Positions 22,238-31,628 of a stretch of DNA of 64,000 bases are shown in pieces. The notes below the pieces were generated by a model, which made no database searches, was not told the origin of the DNA, and saw only the letters and a list, made by a program, of their open reading frames with translations. Location of the stretch: positions 1,216,001 through 1,280,000 of the forward strand of contig OY968764.1 of the NCBI GenBank assembly GCA_963695335.1, written 5' to 3'. Every line of letters begins with the position of its first letter. The first letter of the stretch is position 1. Source of the stretch: an uncultured bacterium (GTDB taxonomy: Bacteria > Babelota > Babeliae > Babelales > Vermiphilaceae). A program made the translations under genes and the position numbers.

Positions 22238-23781
22238 ACCAATTTAAAAAAATGCATAAGTCTTGTTTGTATAAAACCAAAAATTCTGCCCATCAAAAAA
22301 TACAACGTTAATCCTGCTGACAGCGTTGATGTAAATGCACCAAACACAAACGCCATCATAATTTTACTCATACGTTGTTGCGGATTACCACTCGTATCAT
22401 TGAGCAACATAACAATAATCAACAACACCGAAAGAATAAAATATGGATCGCGCGATGAAAGGTCTGGTATCCACAAGAACGGAGCTTGATACAGCTCAAA
22501 TGAACTCGAAAGCACACGACTCAATGCAAAAAAAATAGGTATGTTTAACAATATAGGTATTAAACATCCAAACCCTCCAGGCAACCCTCTTTTACGAATC
22601 AATGCGGTACGCTCTGCAAGTAATTTTTCTTGATTTCCTGCAAATCGTTGCTCGATAAATGCTAGCTCACGTTGATATTCCGCTTGCTGCTTTTTAAATT
22701 TCTCTTCACTGTTGCGCAACGAAACTGGCAATAAACAAATCTGTATCAACAACGTTAATAAAATAATAGCTAAACCATAATTATGAACATATGTATACAA
22801 CCAATTTAAAATATATAACAACAGTTTAGCGAGCGCTGAAAGCATACCAGAATAATCTAATGTTTTTTCTAAACGCGTATCAACTGCAGCAATCGCATTA
22901 AGTTCTTTAGGCCCAAAATAAAAAGATAATGTCCACGATGTTTTTTCAGTAACAGCTGGACCTTCTACAACAGAAAAGAGATGAGTTGTTTCTTCTAATT
23001 TATAATATGCGCGTTGAGCAAAGTGATGATGATCTTCAACAAGTGCATGGATAAAATAGCGATCGTCAGCACCAAACATCATCGGCTTAAACCAGCCACG
23101 ATGAACATCCAATTTATTCAAATATGTTTTTGCAAAAACATCATTTTGGTCGATAACAATTGATGAAATAACATCCGGCGATGTAAGCTCTGGCATCATT
23201 GGAGCAGGAAAGAAAATGCGCGGTTCTATAACATTGTGATGACCATTTTTTGGAGCAATTTCAACAGATAAATCAATTTGTGGTTTGTGTTTATCAACAG
23301 TAAAGAGTTTTTGTATCACGCAATCTTCATTTCCACCAACATAGATTAATTCATAATTGGTCTCATTTTCTTGTGCAGATAGTAAGGTATAATAAAATGG
23401 CGTTGCGCTTTGTAAAGCTACCAAAAAGCATCTATTTTCTCGCTCTGTATCAGCTGCAGGAAACACTGTGCGAACTGTTTTGATGTGACCATCAGATTCT
23501 CTTTTAAAATCAATGCTATCAAGTGATGCACCCTCTGTTGAGAATGATAGGTGTCCCCACTCCGTTTCACAATCAGTTATCTGGGTATGAGATGCGCGCT
23601 TTTGATCGTAAAAATCAACTTCTACACTCAACGGTCTATATTCTTTTTTTTCTCGCGGAGCAATAAACGTACTTTCAACTGATTCTTTTGATGTATTGCC
23701 TGGAAAAAAATAATTTAATGCAATAACACTCACAAAAGCTAAACTAATGGGTAAAACCATGTCGCGCATATTCATATACAT
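22234..23781 (-). CDS. yidC: Membrane protein insertase YidC
   Basis: YFGPKE, NYGLAIILLT, GCLIPILLNIPIFFAL, FLWIPDLSSRDPYFIL, AGLTLY. Confidence 0.92.
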   Translation of the reverse strand: MYMNMRDMVLPISLAFVSVIALNYFFPGNTSKESVESTFIAPREKKEYRPLSVEVDFYDQKRASHTQITDCETEWGHLSFSTEGASLDSIDFKRESDGHIKTVRTVFPAADTERENRCFLVALQSATPFYYTLLSAQENETNYELIYVGGNEDCVIQKLFTVDKHKPQIDLSVEIAPKNGHHNVIEPRIFFPAPMMPELTSPDVISSIVIDQNDVFAKTYLNKLDVHRGWFKPMMFGADDRYFIHALVEDHHHFAQRAYYKLEETTHLFSVVEGPAVTEKTSWTLSFYFGPKELNAIAAVDTRLEKTLDYSGMLSALAKLLLYILNWLYTYVHNYGLAIILLTLLIQICLLPVSLRNSEEKFKKQQAEYQRELAFIEQRFAGNQEKLLAERTALIRKRGLPGGFGCLIPILLNIPIFFALSRVLSSSFELYQAPFLWIPDLSSRDPYFILSVLLIIVMLLNDTSGNPQQRMSKIMMAFVFGAFTSTLSAGLTLYFLMGRIFGFIQTRLMHFFKLV

Positions 23782-23847
23782 ACCTCATAAAAATTGACTA
23801 ATTTATCACATTAATGGTACCATAAAAATGAATTTTCAGCTAGCTTG

Positions 23848-23873
23848 CCCTACGAAGTTTTAACGAAGTAGGG
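23848..23873 (+). repeat. REP-like hairpin type C
   Basis: CCCTAC GAAG TTTTAAC GAA GTAGGG; matches the reverse complement of 49067-49096. Confidence 0.7.
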
Positions 23874-23925
23874 TGCTCTCTATAAACTAAAAAATAACAA
23901 ACTAAAAAAAAGGAAAGATATTCTT

Positions 23926-24333
23926 ATGAAAATGCAAAAAAGAAAATTCCGCATCGGTGAACTTGCAGACAAACTTGAACTTGAACGCTTTGTTGTACGT
24001 TTCTGGGAAAAAGAGTTCAGCATAAAAACAAAACGATCTCAGGGCAGCCAACGCTTTTATGACGAGAACGATCTTAAAAAATTTGAAACAATCAAACGTC
24101 TTTTGTATGAAGAAGGCTTTACCATCTCTGGTGCAAAAAAGAAACTCAAAGACAAATCATCTGCCAAAGAAAAATCTTCAACTAAAAATGATATTATTGC
24201 TTCACAAAAAACAACAATGGAAGACACTAAAAAAGCATCTTCCAATCAGTCTGAACATGAAAAAATTGAACATCTCTCGCAACAAATTGTGGATTTAAAA
24301 AATAAATTACGCAAATTACGAGAGATGCTTTAA
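23926..24333 (+). CDS. MerR-family HTH regulator
   Basis: FRIGELA..VVRFWEKEF..QRFY..IKRLLYEEGFTISGA. Confidence 0.9.
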   Translation: MKMQKRKFRIGELADKLELERFVVRFWEKEFSIKTKRSQGSQRFYDENDLKKFETIKRLLYEEGFTISGAKKKLKDKSSAKEKSSTKNDIIASQKTTMEDTKKASSNQSEHEKIEHLSQQIVDLKNKLRKLREML

Positions 24334-24361
24334 AATTGATTTTTTTTATAAAAAGAGAATC

Positions 24362-25351
24362 TTATGACCAATTCTCAATATTATGCAATTGAGATTCTCT
24401 TTTTAAAATTTCTTTGCAATCTTGCGCAGTGGAAAATCCAATATCACGCCAATTCAAGCGCTTCAACAACTCAACAAATCTATTCATATATTTTTCTTTA
24501 TCTGTTTCATTCGCAAGATATTCCACCCAACTCTTAAATAATTTTTTTAAAGCATCTACTCTAGCTTTTTTTGAGTCTTGACTAACAAAAGCAATCAGTT
24601 CACTTTTGAACGCTTTTCCATCAGGTCTTCTTAGCCGTAAAGTGCTACCAGTATAGCGGGGTTCAGAATAAGCTTTTACAATCGAGTGATCCACGCAATG
24701 CAATTCGCACTTAAAACCATCATCTGAAAAAGAAATTGTAGGCCTACCATCTTCGTTCAATTCAGCCAAAAAACAAGGATAACACAAATCTGTAACACCT
24801 GAATAATATCCAGCAAACGCGAAAAAAGGTTCAAGAATAACATACTTCATTGCGTTACTCACGGCATAATATTGCGCAGCATCCTCATGCAAAGCCATAG
24901 CAAAAATTCTTGATTTTATACTATTTTGTTCTGCACTACACAATAACTTTTCATGCATACCATCCAACAATTCTACAGCTTCCATGTTATTTAAAACAGT
25001 TTGATACTGCTTCACGCGTGAACTTATATGCTCAAATTGCCGGAAAAAACGATTTCTGTTTTCTTTATCAGTATCAACACGCTTTTTATTTTCACCACTT
25101 TCACCCGAATATCTACAAAACCGTGGCTCTATAGTTACATCTGAAGGGTCAAATTCATTGAGAAACCAATTCATTTTTTCTCGAATCCCATCAATGCTCT
25201 CTTTATTTTCACCATATCCATATGGATATTTGTTAAATAACTTTGCAAGCCGTAAGGCTTTTGCATCATCTTCAGGTGATAATGTTGCTAGTTTCATTGC
25301 ACAAGCATTCTGTGCAAGCAATATTACCAAACCTAAAATATATTTATTCAT
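24362..25351 (-). CDS. Hypothetical secreted protein
   Basis: Signal peptide MNKYILGLVILLAQNACA-MK; no recognised domain. Confidence 0.7.
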   Translation of the reverse strand: MNKYILGLVILLAQNACAMKLATLSPEDDAKALRLAKLFNKYPYGYGENKESIDGIREKMNWFLNEFDPSDVTIEPRFCRYSGESGENKKRVDTDKENRNRFFRQFEHISSRVKQYQTVLNNMEAVELLDGMHEKLLCSAEQNSIKSRIFAMALHEDAAQYYAVSNAMKYVILEPFFAFAGYYSGVTDLCYPCFLAELNEDGRPTISFSDDGFKCELHCVDHSIVKAYSEPRYTGSTLRLRRPDGKAFKSELIAFVSQDSKKARVDALKKLFKSWVEYLANETDKEKYMNRFVELLKRLNWRDIGFSTAQDCKEILKRESQLHNIENWS

Positions 25352-25961
25352 AAAAAATGCCTCTGTTTTGTACTATATACCAGAATAGAATAATAGGATC
25401 ATAATATTCTTCAACAAAAGCTTTTATTTTTTCCCTCAAATCAATCACATCAAGGCTCACTGGGAAATAATTATAATTCTGCAACTGCTTAACATTCTTT
25501 ATATAATTACAGCCATATACCTCTAACGCCTTATCTTTATTATGTTTCTGGCGAAACGAATGATGTTCTGCTTTGAATAGTAATTCGCATAAATCATTTT
25601 TAAGTAATAAAATATAATCATCTTTTAACTGAACTTTTATCCGCCAATCAATTCTATTACCACGATCAACAAAATAATAAAACTCACAAACCTTTGCCCT
25701 AATAAACCTCTCTTTTTCAGCACTATATTTCTCATGCATCATTCCAAAAATATTTTTTTGCAACTCAAAAGGAAGTCGTTGATGAATATGCATAGGTATC
25801 AAATGATCCGCACCTATTCTCATTTTTTTATTTGGATTTCGTGAATGTTTTTCTAAAAGAGTTGCAACAGATAGATCTTTGTTATTATTAACTGACTCTT
25901 TTTCCATTGCACAAACATTATACGCAACTAACAATAACAGTCCTACAACATACTTTTTCAC
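25344..25961 (-). CDS. Hypothetical secreted protein with F-box-like motif
   Basis: Signal MKKYVVGLLLLVAYNVCA-ME (GTG start); RLPFELQKNIF. Confidence 0.65.
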   Translation of the reverse strand: MKKYVVGLLLLVAYNVCAMEKESVNNNKDLSVATLLEKHSRNPNKKMRIGADHLIPMHIHQRLPFELQKNIFGMMHEKYSAEKERFIRAKVCEFYYFVDRGNRIDWRIKVQLKDDYILLLKNDLCELLFKAEHHSFRQKHNKDKALEVYGCNYIKNVKQLQNYNYFPVSLDVIDLREKIKAFVEEYYDPIILFWYIVQNRGIFYE

Positions 25962-26047
25962 AAACGCCCTCTTTTACATTGCGATGTTTTAAAAAAAATA
26001 TACATTGGTGAATAAAGTACCATATTTTTTAACACAAACATAATTTT

Positions 26048-27448
26048 ATGCTTACAAAAAAATCACACATTCACTTTGTTGGTATTGGCGGAATAGGCAT
26101 GAGTGGCATTGCAACCATTTTAAAGCAAAGTGGTCACACTATTTCCGGATGTGATCCTGATACCAGCCAAGATACCATTGCACAATTACGCCACTTAGGT
26201 TGCAAAGTATATAAAAATAATAACGCAACAGAATGTGATGATGCAACCATTGATATTCTTGTATATATCCCCATGTATGCCACAACAATTCCTGCCGTAA
26301 CTGCTGAAATTAAACAAGCACAACTGCGCAATATTCCAACAATTTCACGTGCACATATGCTTGCAGAACTCATGCACAAAAACCAACAAAGTATTGCAGT
26401 TGCCGGATCACATGGAAAAACAACAACTACATCATTAATTTCTCATATTTTAATTGCAAGTGACATTGACCCTACCGTTGTAATTGGTGGACAACTGAAA
26501 AATATTAATTCTAATGCCCGCAGTGGCAATGGAAATGTGTTAGTTGCAGAAGCGGATGAAAGTGATCGTTCATTTTTAGAATTGTATCCAACCATTGCAG
26601 TGATAACCAATATCGATTTGGAACATCTTGAAACGTATGCTGGCTTGGATGATATTAAACGTTGTTTTATGCAATTTTTAAACAATCTACCTACTCACGG
26701 AAAGGCAATTGTATGCACTGATGATGAAAATGTGCGTTCAATTATACATCTTACACAAATCACAACAATCACATATGGCATAGAACACGAAGCAGATTTT
26801 TTTGCGCATGATATTATTCTTAATGCTGATCATTCTACATTTACTGCATACACGAAAAACGGTCTTCTTGGCACAATTAAATTACCGATTGCTGGCAAAC
26901 ATAACATTTATAACTGCTTAGCAGCAATTGCTGTTGCACACGAACTTGGAATTGCATTTGAAACAATTGCAAAACATATTGCATCTTTTGGTGGCGTTGC
27001 ACGTAGATTTTCATTCCATGGAATGTATCAAGGTGCTGAAATTTTTGATGATTACGGGCATCACCCTAAAGAAATAGAATACACCCTCAATGTTGCACGC
27101 AAACGAACGCATAATAAACTTATTGTTGTCTTTCAACCACATCGCTATACTCGTACCGCAAAACTATGGAATGATTTTCTTTCCACATTCATCTCAAGTA
27201 ATATCGACCATCTTATCATCACGGATATCTATTCTGCTGGCGAATACCCCATTGCAAACATTTCTAGCTCTCGCTTTGCACAGGAGCTTACTCACCTAAA
27301 ACCCCCATTTACAATCCAATATATTCCCTTTGAAGACGATTTTACCCAAATAAAAGAGGTAATAGCGCGATCTGTTGGTGCAAATGATCTCCTTTTGTTC
27401 CTTGGAGCAGGGAAAGTGCATCTTATTGCTGATGAGATAGCAGAATAA
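26048..27448 (+). CDS. murC: UDP-N-acetylmuramate--L-alanine ligase
   Basis: HFVGIGGIGMSGIA, AGSHGKTTT, EADESD, DDYGHHPKE, FQPHRYTR. Confidence 0.97.
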   Translation: MLTKKSHIHFVGIGGIGMSGIATILKQSGHTISGCDPDTSQDTIAQLRHLGCKVYKNNNATECDDATIDILVYIPMYATTIPAVTAEIKQAQLRNIPTISRAHMLAELMHKNQQSIAVAGSHGKTTTTSLISHILIASDIDPTVVIGGQLKNINSNARSGNGNVLVAEADESDRSFLELYPTIAVITNIDLEHLETYAGLDDIKRCFMQFLNNLPTHGKAIVCTDDENVRSIIHLTQITTITYGIEHEADFFAHDIILNADHSTFTAYTKNGLLGTIKLPIAGKHNIYNCLAAIAVAHELGIAFETIAKHIASFGGVARRFSFHGMYQGAEIFDDYGHHPKEIEYTLNVARKRTHNKLIVVFQPHRYTRTAKLWNDFLSTFISSNIDHLIITDIYSAGEYPIANISSSRFAQELTHLKPPFTIQYIPFEDDFTQIKEVIARSVGANDLLLFLGAGKVHLIADEIAE

Positions 27449-27571
27449 ATCCTGCTAATCGTTCAATTAACACTTTTTTCATATAAACTTACCCCAATTA
27501 TTGCCTTTTGAGTATTTCTATTGGTAATATTAGAGAGAATAGAAAAAGTCTTATCTAAAAAGGATAGTTAC

Positions 27572-27895
27572 ATGAAGAATACAAAAAACCTCGCGGTTCT
27601 TGTTACCCTTGTAGGGGTTTCAATGATATCTGCATATTACGACCGATACGGCAACTATCATCAAGATGTTGTTACAGAAGGTCTTGATACATTAACTGGT
27701 GGTAGATATTCAGATCAACCACAAGATACGTTAGCACGTAAAAAAGCTTCTCGAAAATTAGAAGATACACAAAAAGAAGCTCAACAAAAAGCAGCGGACA
27801 AAAAAAGAGAAGCACAAAGAAAATATCAAGAGAAACAAGAAGAAATTCAAAGAAAAAAAGAAGATCGTAGACTCAAAACCCAAATCAAGGAGTAG
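27572..27895 (+). CDS. Small secreted protein with charged C-terminal coil
   Basis: ATG at 27572 after AAGGA; signal peptide then YYDRYGNYH; K/E/Q/R-rich tail. Confidence 0.7.
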   Translation: MKNTKNLAVLVTLVGVSMISAYYDRYGNYHQDVVTEGLDTLTGGRYSDQPQDTLARKKASRKLEDTQKEAQQKAADKKREAQRKYQEKQEEIQRKKEDRRLKTQIKE

Positions 27896-27898
27896 ACC

Positions 27899-28210
27899 AT
27901 GATGAACAAAAAATTGATCGCATTATTCGTTGCTATTGCAACAGTTTCAGCTGTATCTGCTGGTTGGTATGACGAAGATGGCAATTACCACCATGGTGTT
28001 AGACCACATCATGTTGTAGGCGATACAACAAGAGGTGCTGGACATGCTGCTGAAAGAACCGTAGAGGGCGCAGAAGACGTTACTTTCGGAGCTGTTGGCG
28101 GATTGTTTGGTGGTAGAGGCGTAGAAGAAAGAATAGAAGATCGTAGAGCAGATCGTGAACAAAGACGTATGGACCGTGAAGCAAGAAGAGATAAATATAA
28201 TAGAGAATAA
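27899..28210 (+). CDS. Small secreted protein, paralog-like
   Basis: SD AAGGAG; signal peptide then WYDEDGNYH; GAVGGLFGG; R/E-rich tail. Confidence 0.75.
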   Translation: MMNKKLIALFVAIATVSAVSAGWYDEDGNYHHGVRPHHVVGDTTRGAGHAAERTVEGAEDVTFGAVGGLFGGRGVEERIEDRRADREQRRMDREARRDKYNRE

Positions 28211-28221
28211 AAAGGACTGCT

Positions 28222-28563
28222 ATGAAAACTATGAAAAAAATCTTTTTCTTCGTTTTCAGCTGCATAGCACTTTCTAACCTATCAATGCATTGCTTCTATA
28301 ACGATGGTAACAACATGTGGAGAGGCGCTGCCATTGGCGGACTAGCTGGTGGTAGAAAAGGAGCTGCAATAGGCTTAGGAGTAGGTGCTATGAGCGATAT
28401 AGCAAGTAATGCTGCAACAGATAATCAACGTCGTCGTCGTTATGACGATGATGATTATTATTATGATAAAAGACGAAGAAGAAAAGAAAATCGTTCACGT
28501 CGTGACTTAGAACGAGAAAATGAAGAGTTACGACAAAGGTTAGATGAATTAGAAAACGAATAA
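28222..28563 (+). CDS. Small secreted glycine-zipper protein
   Basis: Signal peptide; GAAIGGLAGGRKGAAIGLGVGA; R/D-rich coiled tail. Confidence 0.75.
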   Translation: MKTMKKIFFFVFSCIALSNLSMHCFYNDGNNMWRGAAIGGLAGGRKGAAIGLGVGAMSDIASNAATDNQRRRRYDDDDYYYDKRRRRKENRSRRDLERENEELRQRLDELENE

Positions 28564-28599
28564 AAATTCTTCATCCCCAACCCACTATTAAGGGCAGGC

Positions 28600-29040
28600 T
28601 TACAAGCTTGCCTTTTTTAGATAGATAAAAACAGACGAATGAGATGCTTCACTCTTTTTTACAATAACCGTACAGTAACGATCTGGGCTTTCAAATTGCA
28701 AGATCGATTCTATTCCATCAAACGTCACGAGATGTTTCCACCCCAATCGTTCCATTTGAGTAATAAAAAAACCGACTACTTGCTCAGAAGATAATGAACT
28801 TTTATAGCCAAAAACTAAAGTACCACCTTCAGAGTTGTCTGAAAGTGGTATTATAATTCGTTCATCATAAAGAGGGATTGGTATATCAACAAGCATCGCT
28901 TGCTGCACAATGTCATCAAATTGGCATTGTGCGTTATCGGACAAGATAACAAGATTTTTTTTCTGCTGACATGATTGTTGTTTTGTGCAAGAGGAAAAAA
29001 GCAAACAAAACAAAAGCATCAAACAATACAGTATTACCAA
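28600..29040 (-). CDS. Hypothetical lipoprotein
   Basis: Hydrophobic N-terminus with LFSSC lipobox-like motif; TTG start after GAGGGG. Confidence 0.6.
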   Translation of the reverse strand: MVILYCLMLLFCLLFSSCTKQQSCQQKKNLVILSDNAQCQFDDIVQQAMLVDIPIPLYDERIIIPLSDNSEGGTLVFGYKSSLSSEQVVGFFITQMERLGWKHLVTFDGIESILQFESPDRYCTVIVKKSEASHSSVFIYLKKASL

Positions 29041-29061
29041 AATCCCCTCATATGGATTGGA

Positions 29062-29466
29062 TTATTCAGCAGCTACCGCTTGCGCTTTTGCTATTGAAGC
29101 TTTTGTTTCAACAAGCTGTTTAACGTGCGCATTTTTACCAACTTTATGACGAAGGTAATATAATTTAGCGCGGCGAACATCACCTTTGCTGAGTACTTTA
29201 ATTGCCTTAACGAGTGGTGAATACAATGGGAAAATACGTTCCACTGCAGATCCGCCTTCTGCTATTTTACGCACGATAAAGGTAGTTGAAACACCTTGTT
29301 TATGCATAGCAATTACGTTACCTTGAAAAGCTTGTAAACGTTCTTTTCCTGCTTCTTTAATACTTTGAGATACAATAACGGCATCGCCTATTCCAAATGA
29401 TGGAAAACCACGATCTTTCATGCCGATACTGCGAATTGTTTCTTTTGTGTAAAATGCTGCTTTCAT
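29062..29466 (-). CDS. rplS: 50S ribosomal protein L19
   Basis: KERLQAFQG.VIA, TFIVRKI, VERIFPLYSP, GDVRRAKLYYLR. Confidence 0.97.
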   Translation of the reverse strand: MKAAFYTKETIRSIGMKDRGFPSFGIGDAVIVSQSIKEAGKERLQAFQGNVIAMHKQGVSTTFIVRKIAEGGSAVERIFPLYSPLVKAIKVLSKGDVRRAKLYYLRHKVGKNAHVKQLVETKASIAKAQAVAAE

Positions 29467-29499
29467 GTGAGATTCCTCTTAAACTAAATTAATTCTCCT

Positions 29500-29564
29500 G
29501 CGCTCATTCTGAGCTTGTCGAAGAATTAAAGCGCTTAACCCTTCAACAAGTTCAGGGTGAGCGC
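29500..29564. repeat. Inverted pair of REP-like type B elements
   Basis: GCGCTCATTCTGAGCTTGTCGAAG ... CCCTTCAACAAGTTCAGGGTGAGCGC. Confidence 0.8.
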
Positions 29565-29645
29565 AATAGAAAATTTATATTTTTTATAACTACAGGAGAC
29601 TAACTCCATTTAAATATACCCAAAAAACATTATTCCAGCAACTTT

Positions 29646-30950
29646 TTAAGCTCGCTGGATATTAATCCCTAACCACCTATCAAGAATAATAGCCACTGCA
29701 GAACGGACCGAAAGATGATTAAAATCAGAAAAACCGTCTACAGGAACCAATAAATAATCTGATTGCTCTATTACAAATGGCGCTAATCCTTGTCCTGTAC
29801 CAAACACCAATAAAACTGGCCTATCAGCTTGCCATACTTTTGTTTGATCATAAAAAGAGATCATTTGATCCGTATCAACAACTTTAGCCGATGTGGTAAT
29901 AATCAACGGCTTTTTGCCTTCACGCTCCTCAATCTTTTGGATCGTTTCTTGCAATGAAGCTGTCAGTTGCACAAGCTGAATAGCATCATAACGGCATCTA
30001 TTGTACTCAAAACCAATTCCCTTCTTCCAAAAATCAAGCATTTTTTGCACAATTTTTTGTTGATCAAGTAATGGCGTTACAATAAAAAACTGTTCAATTC
30101 CATACATTTTTGATGAACGCGCGATATCATGAATATCAACGGAAGTAACAGATGAATGCCCAAGCCTTTTTTCTTCACCAATAAGCACATCAGTATGCAT
30201 CAACGCTACGTAATGAGATGGAATATAATTGCTTACCGCAACTCTTTCTTCTTTGGTTAATTTTTGTGAACGCAACCACGAAAAATGCTCTTGTACCGTT
30301 GCAGAAACTGCATGCTCTTGTCGCCATTTTTCAATGGCTCCATGATTACCTGAACGGAGCACATCAGGAACACGTTTATCTTTCCACTCGACAGGCTCTG
30401 TATATGAAGGAAAATCAACAAATGGCCCACTAAAAGAATCACGAGAAACTGATTCTTCTTTTCCTACAACCTGCGGTATATATCGCAAGACGCCTTCGAT
30501 CAATATCATCGCTGGCAAATCGCCACCCATGATAACAAAATCACCCATAGAAAGAATCATATCTGCATATTCTTCTTCTACACGAGCATCCATGCCTTCA
30601 TACCGTGCAGGGATCAACATTAAATGTCCAGAATTTTGCGCACGTTCTGCTATAGTTTCTAGCACACGTTGATCAACTTTTTGCCCTCGGGGAGAAAAGA
30701 AAATTTTAAATGCTTTACCGTAGCGCGCTTCTTTATCTTCTATTGCTTTTTGAACAACATCAGGACGAATGAGCATACCCGCACCAGGACCAAATGTTGG
30801 AGCGTCAATACGCTCCTTTGGCTGTACATACGAAAAAAACGATTGTACATCTATATGTACAATCCCTTTTTCTTGTGCCCGTCCAACCAAACTGGTATGG
30901 ACAAATGGCTCATAAAGCTGATCACAAACGGTGAGAACTGATATATTCAT
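29646..30950 (-). CDS. trmD: tRNA (m1G37) methyltransferase TrmD fused to a second SPOUT RNA methyltransferase domain
   Basis: FGPGAGML, RYEGMDARV, SMGDFVIMGG, VPDVLRSGNH; C-terminal DIHDIARS...LVFGTGQGL...FNHLSVRSAVAIILDR. Confidence 0.92.
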   Translation of the reverse strand: MNISVLTVCDQLYEPFVHTSLVGRAQEKGIVHIDVQSFFSYVQPKERIDAPTFGPGAGMLIRPDVVQKAIEDKEARYGKAFKIFFSPRGQKVDQRVLETIAERAQNSGHLMLIPARYEGMDARVEEEYADMILSMGDFVIMGGDLPAMILIEGVLRYIPQVVGKEESVSRDSFSGPFVDFPSYTEPVEWKDKRVPDVLRSGNHGAIEKWRQEHAVSATVQEHFSWLRSQKLTKEERVAVSNYIPSHYVALMHTDVLIGEEKRLGHSSVTSVDIHDIARSSKMYGIEQFFIVTPLLDQQKIVQKMLDFWKKGIGFEYNRCRYDAIQLVQLTASLQETIQKIEEREGKKPLIITTSAKVVDTDQMISFYDQTKVWQADRPVLLVFGTGQGLAPFVIEQSDYLLVPVDGFSDFNHLSVRSAVAIILDRWLGINIQRA

Positions 30951-30952
30951 TT

Positions 30953-31183
30953 TTATCGAGACAATTCAAGTGAAAAACTTTTTCCATAAGGTGCCGCTAC
31001 ATCAACTAAAGCACGCAATGATTTAATTGTATGCCCTTCTTTACCAATAACACGGCCTCTATCTTCTGGTGATACTTTTATTTCAAGAAGATTAACATCA
31101 TCTTTTTCAGAAAGATTAATGATAACCTCTTCTGGACGTGAAACCAATTGCTGCACTACAAAGGTGACCAATTCTTTAATCAT
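30953..31183 (-). CDS. khpA: KH-domain RNA-binding protein (KhpA/YlqC type)
   Basis: DRGRVIGKEGHTIKSLR; between rpsP and trmD. Confidence 0.88.
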   Translation of the reverse strand: MIKELVTFVVQQLVSRPEEVIINLSEKDDVNLLEIKVSPEDRGRVIGKEGHTIKSLRALVDVAAPYGKSFSLELSR

Positions 31184-31202
31184 ACTGTCGCCTTATATCC
31201 GC

Positions 31203-31505
31203 TTATTCTGCTGCTTTTTCTGTTGCAACAGCTTCTTGTGCAACTGGTTTGACAGATGCTACAGGGCTAGATTTTTTGAATAAACGATAGATTTTTTTAA
31301 CTGAATCAGTTGGAATTGCACCTTTAGAAATCCATGATTGATACTGATCTTCATGGAATTGAACTACGGTATTATTGATCGGATTAAATGAACCGATATT
31401 AGTGAGAATTTCACCGTCTCTTTGTTTGCGACCATCAGTTGCTACAATACGGTAATGTGGATTATTTGTTGTTCCAACTCGAGACAAACGAATTTTAACT
31501 GCCAT
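31203..31505 (-). CDS. rpsP: 30S ribosomal protein S16
   Basis: MAVKIRLSRVG..PHYRIVATDGR..RDG; WISKGAIPTDSV. Confidence 0.97.
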   Translation of the reverse strand: MAVKIRLSRVGTTNNPHYRIVATDGRKQRDGEILTNIGSFNPINNTVVQFHEDQYQSWISKGAIPTDSVKKIYRLFKKSSPVASVKPVAQEAVATEKAAE

Positions 31506-31628
31506 AGGAAATCATCCTTTTACCCCAATTTTCACTTTGTTCCAAATCGGGGACCCCATCAATGAAAGAGGGATAAGTTAATGTAATATTGTTATAAACA
31601 AGCTTTTTACTTAAAGCTCAAACTTATT

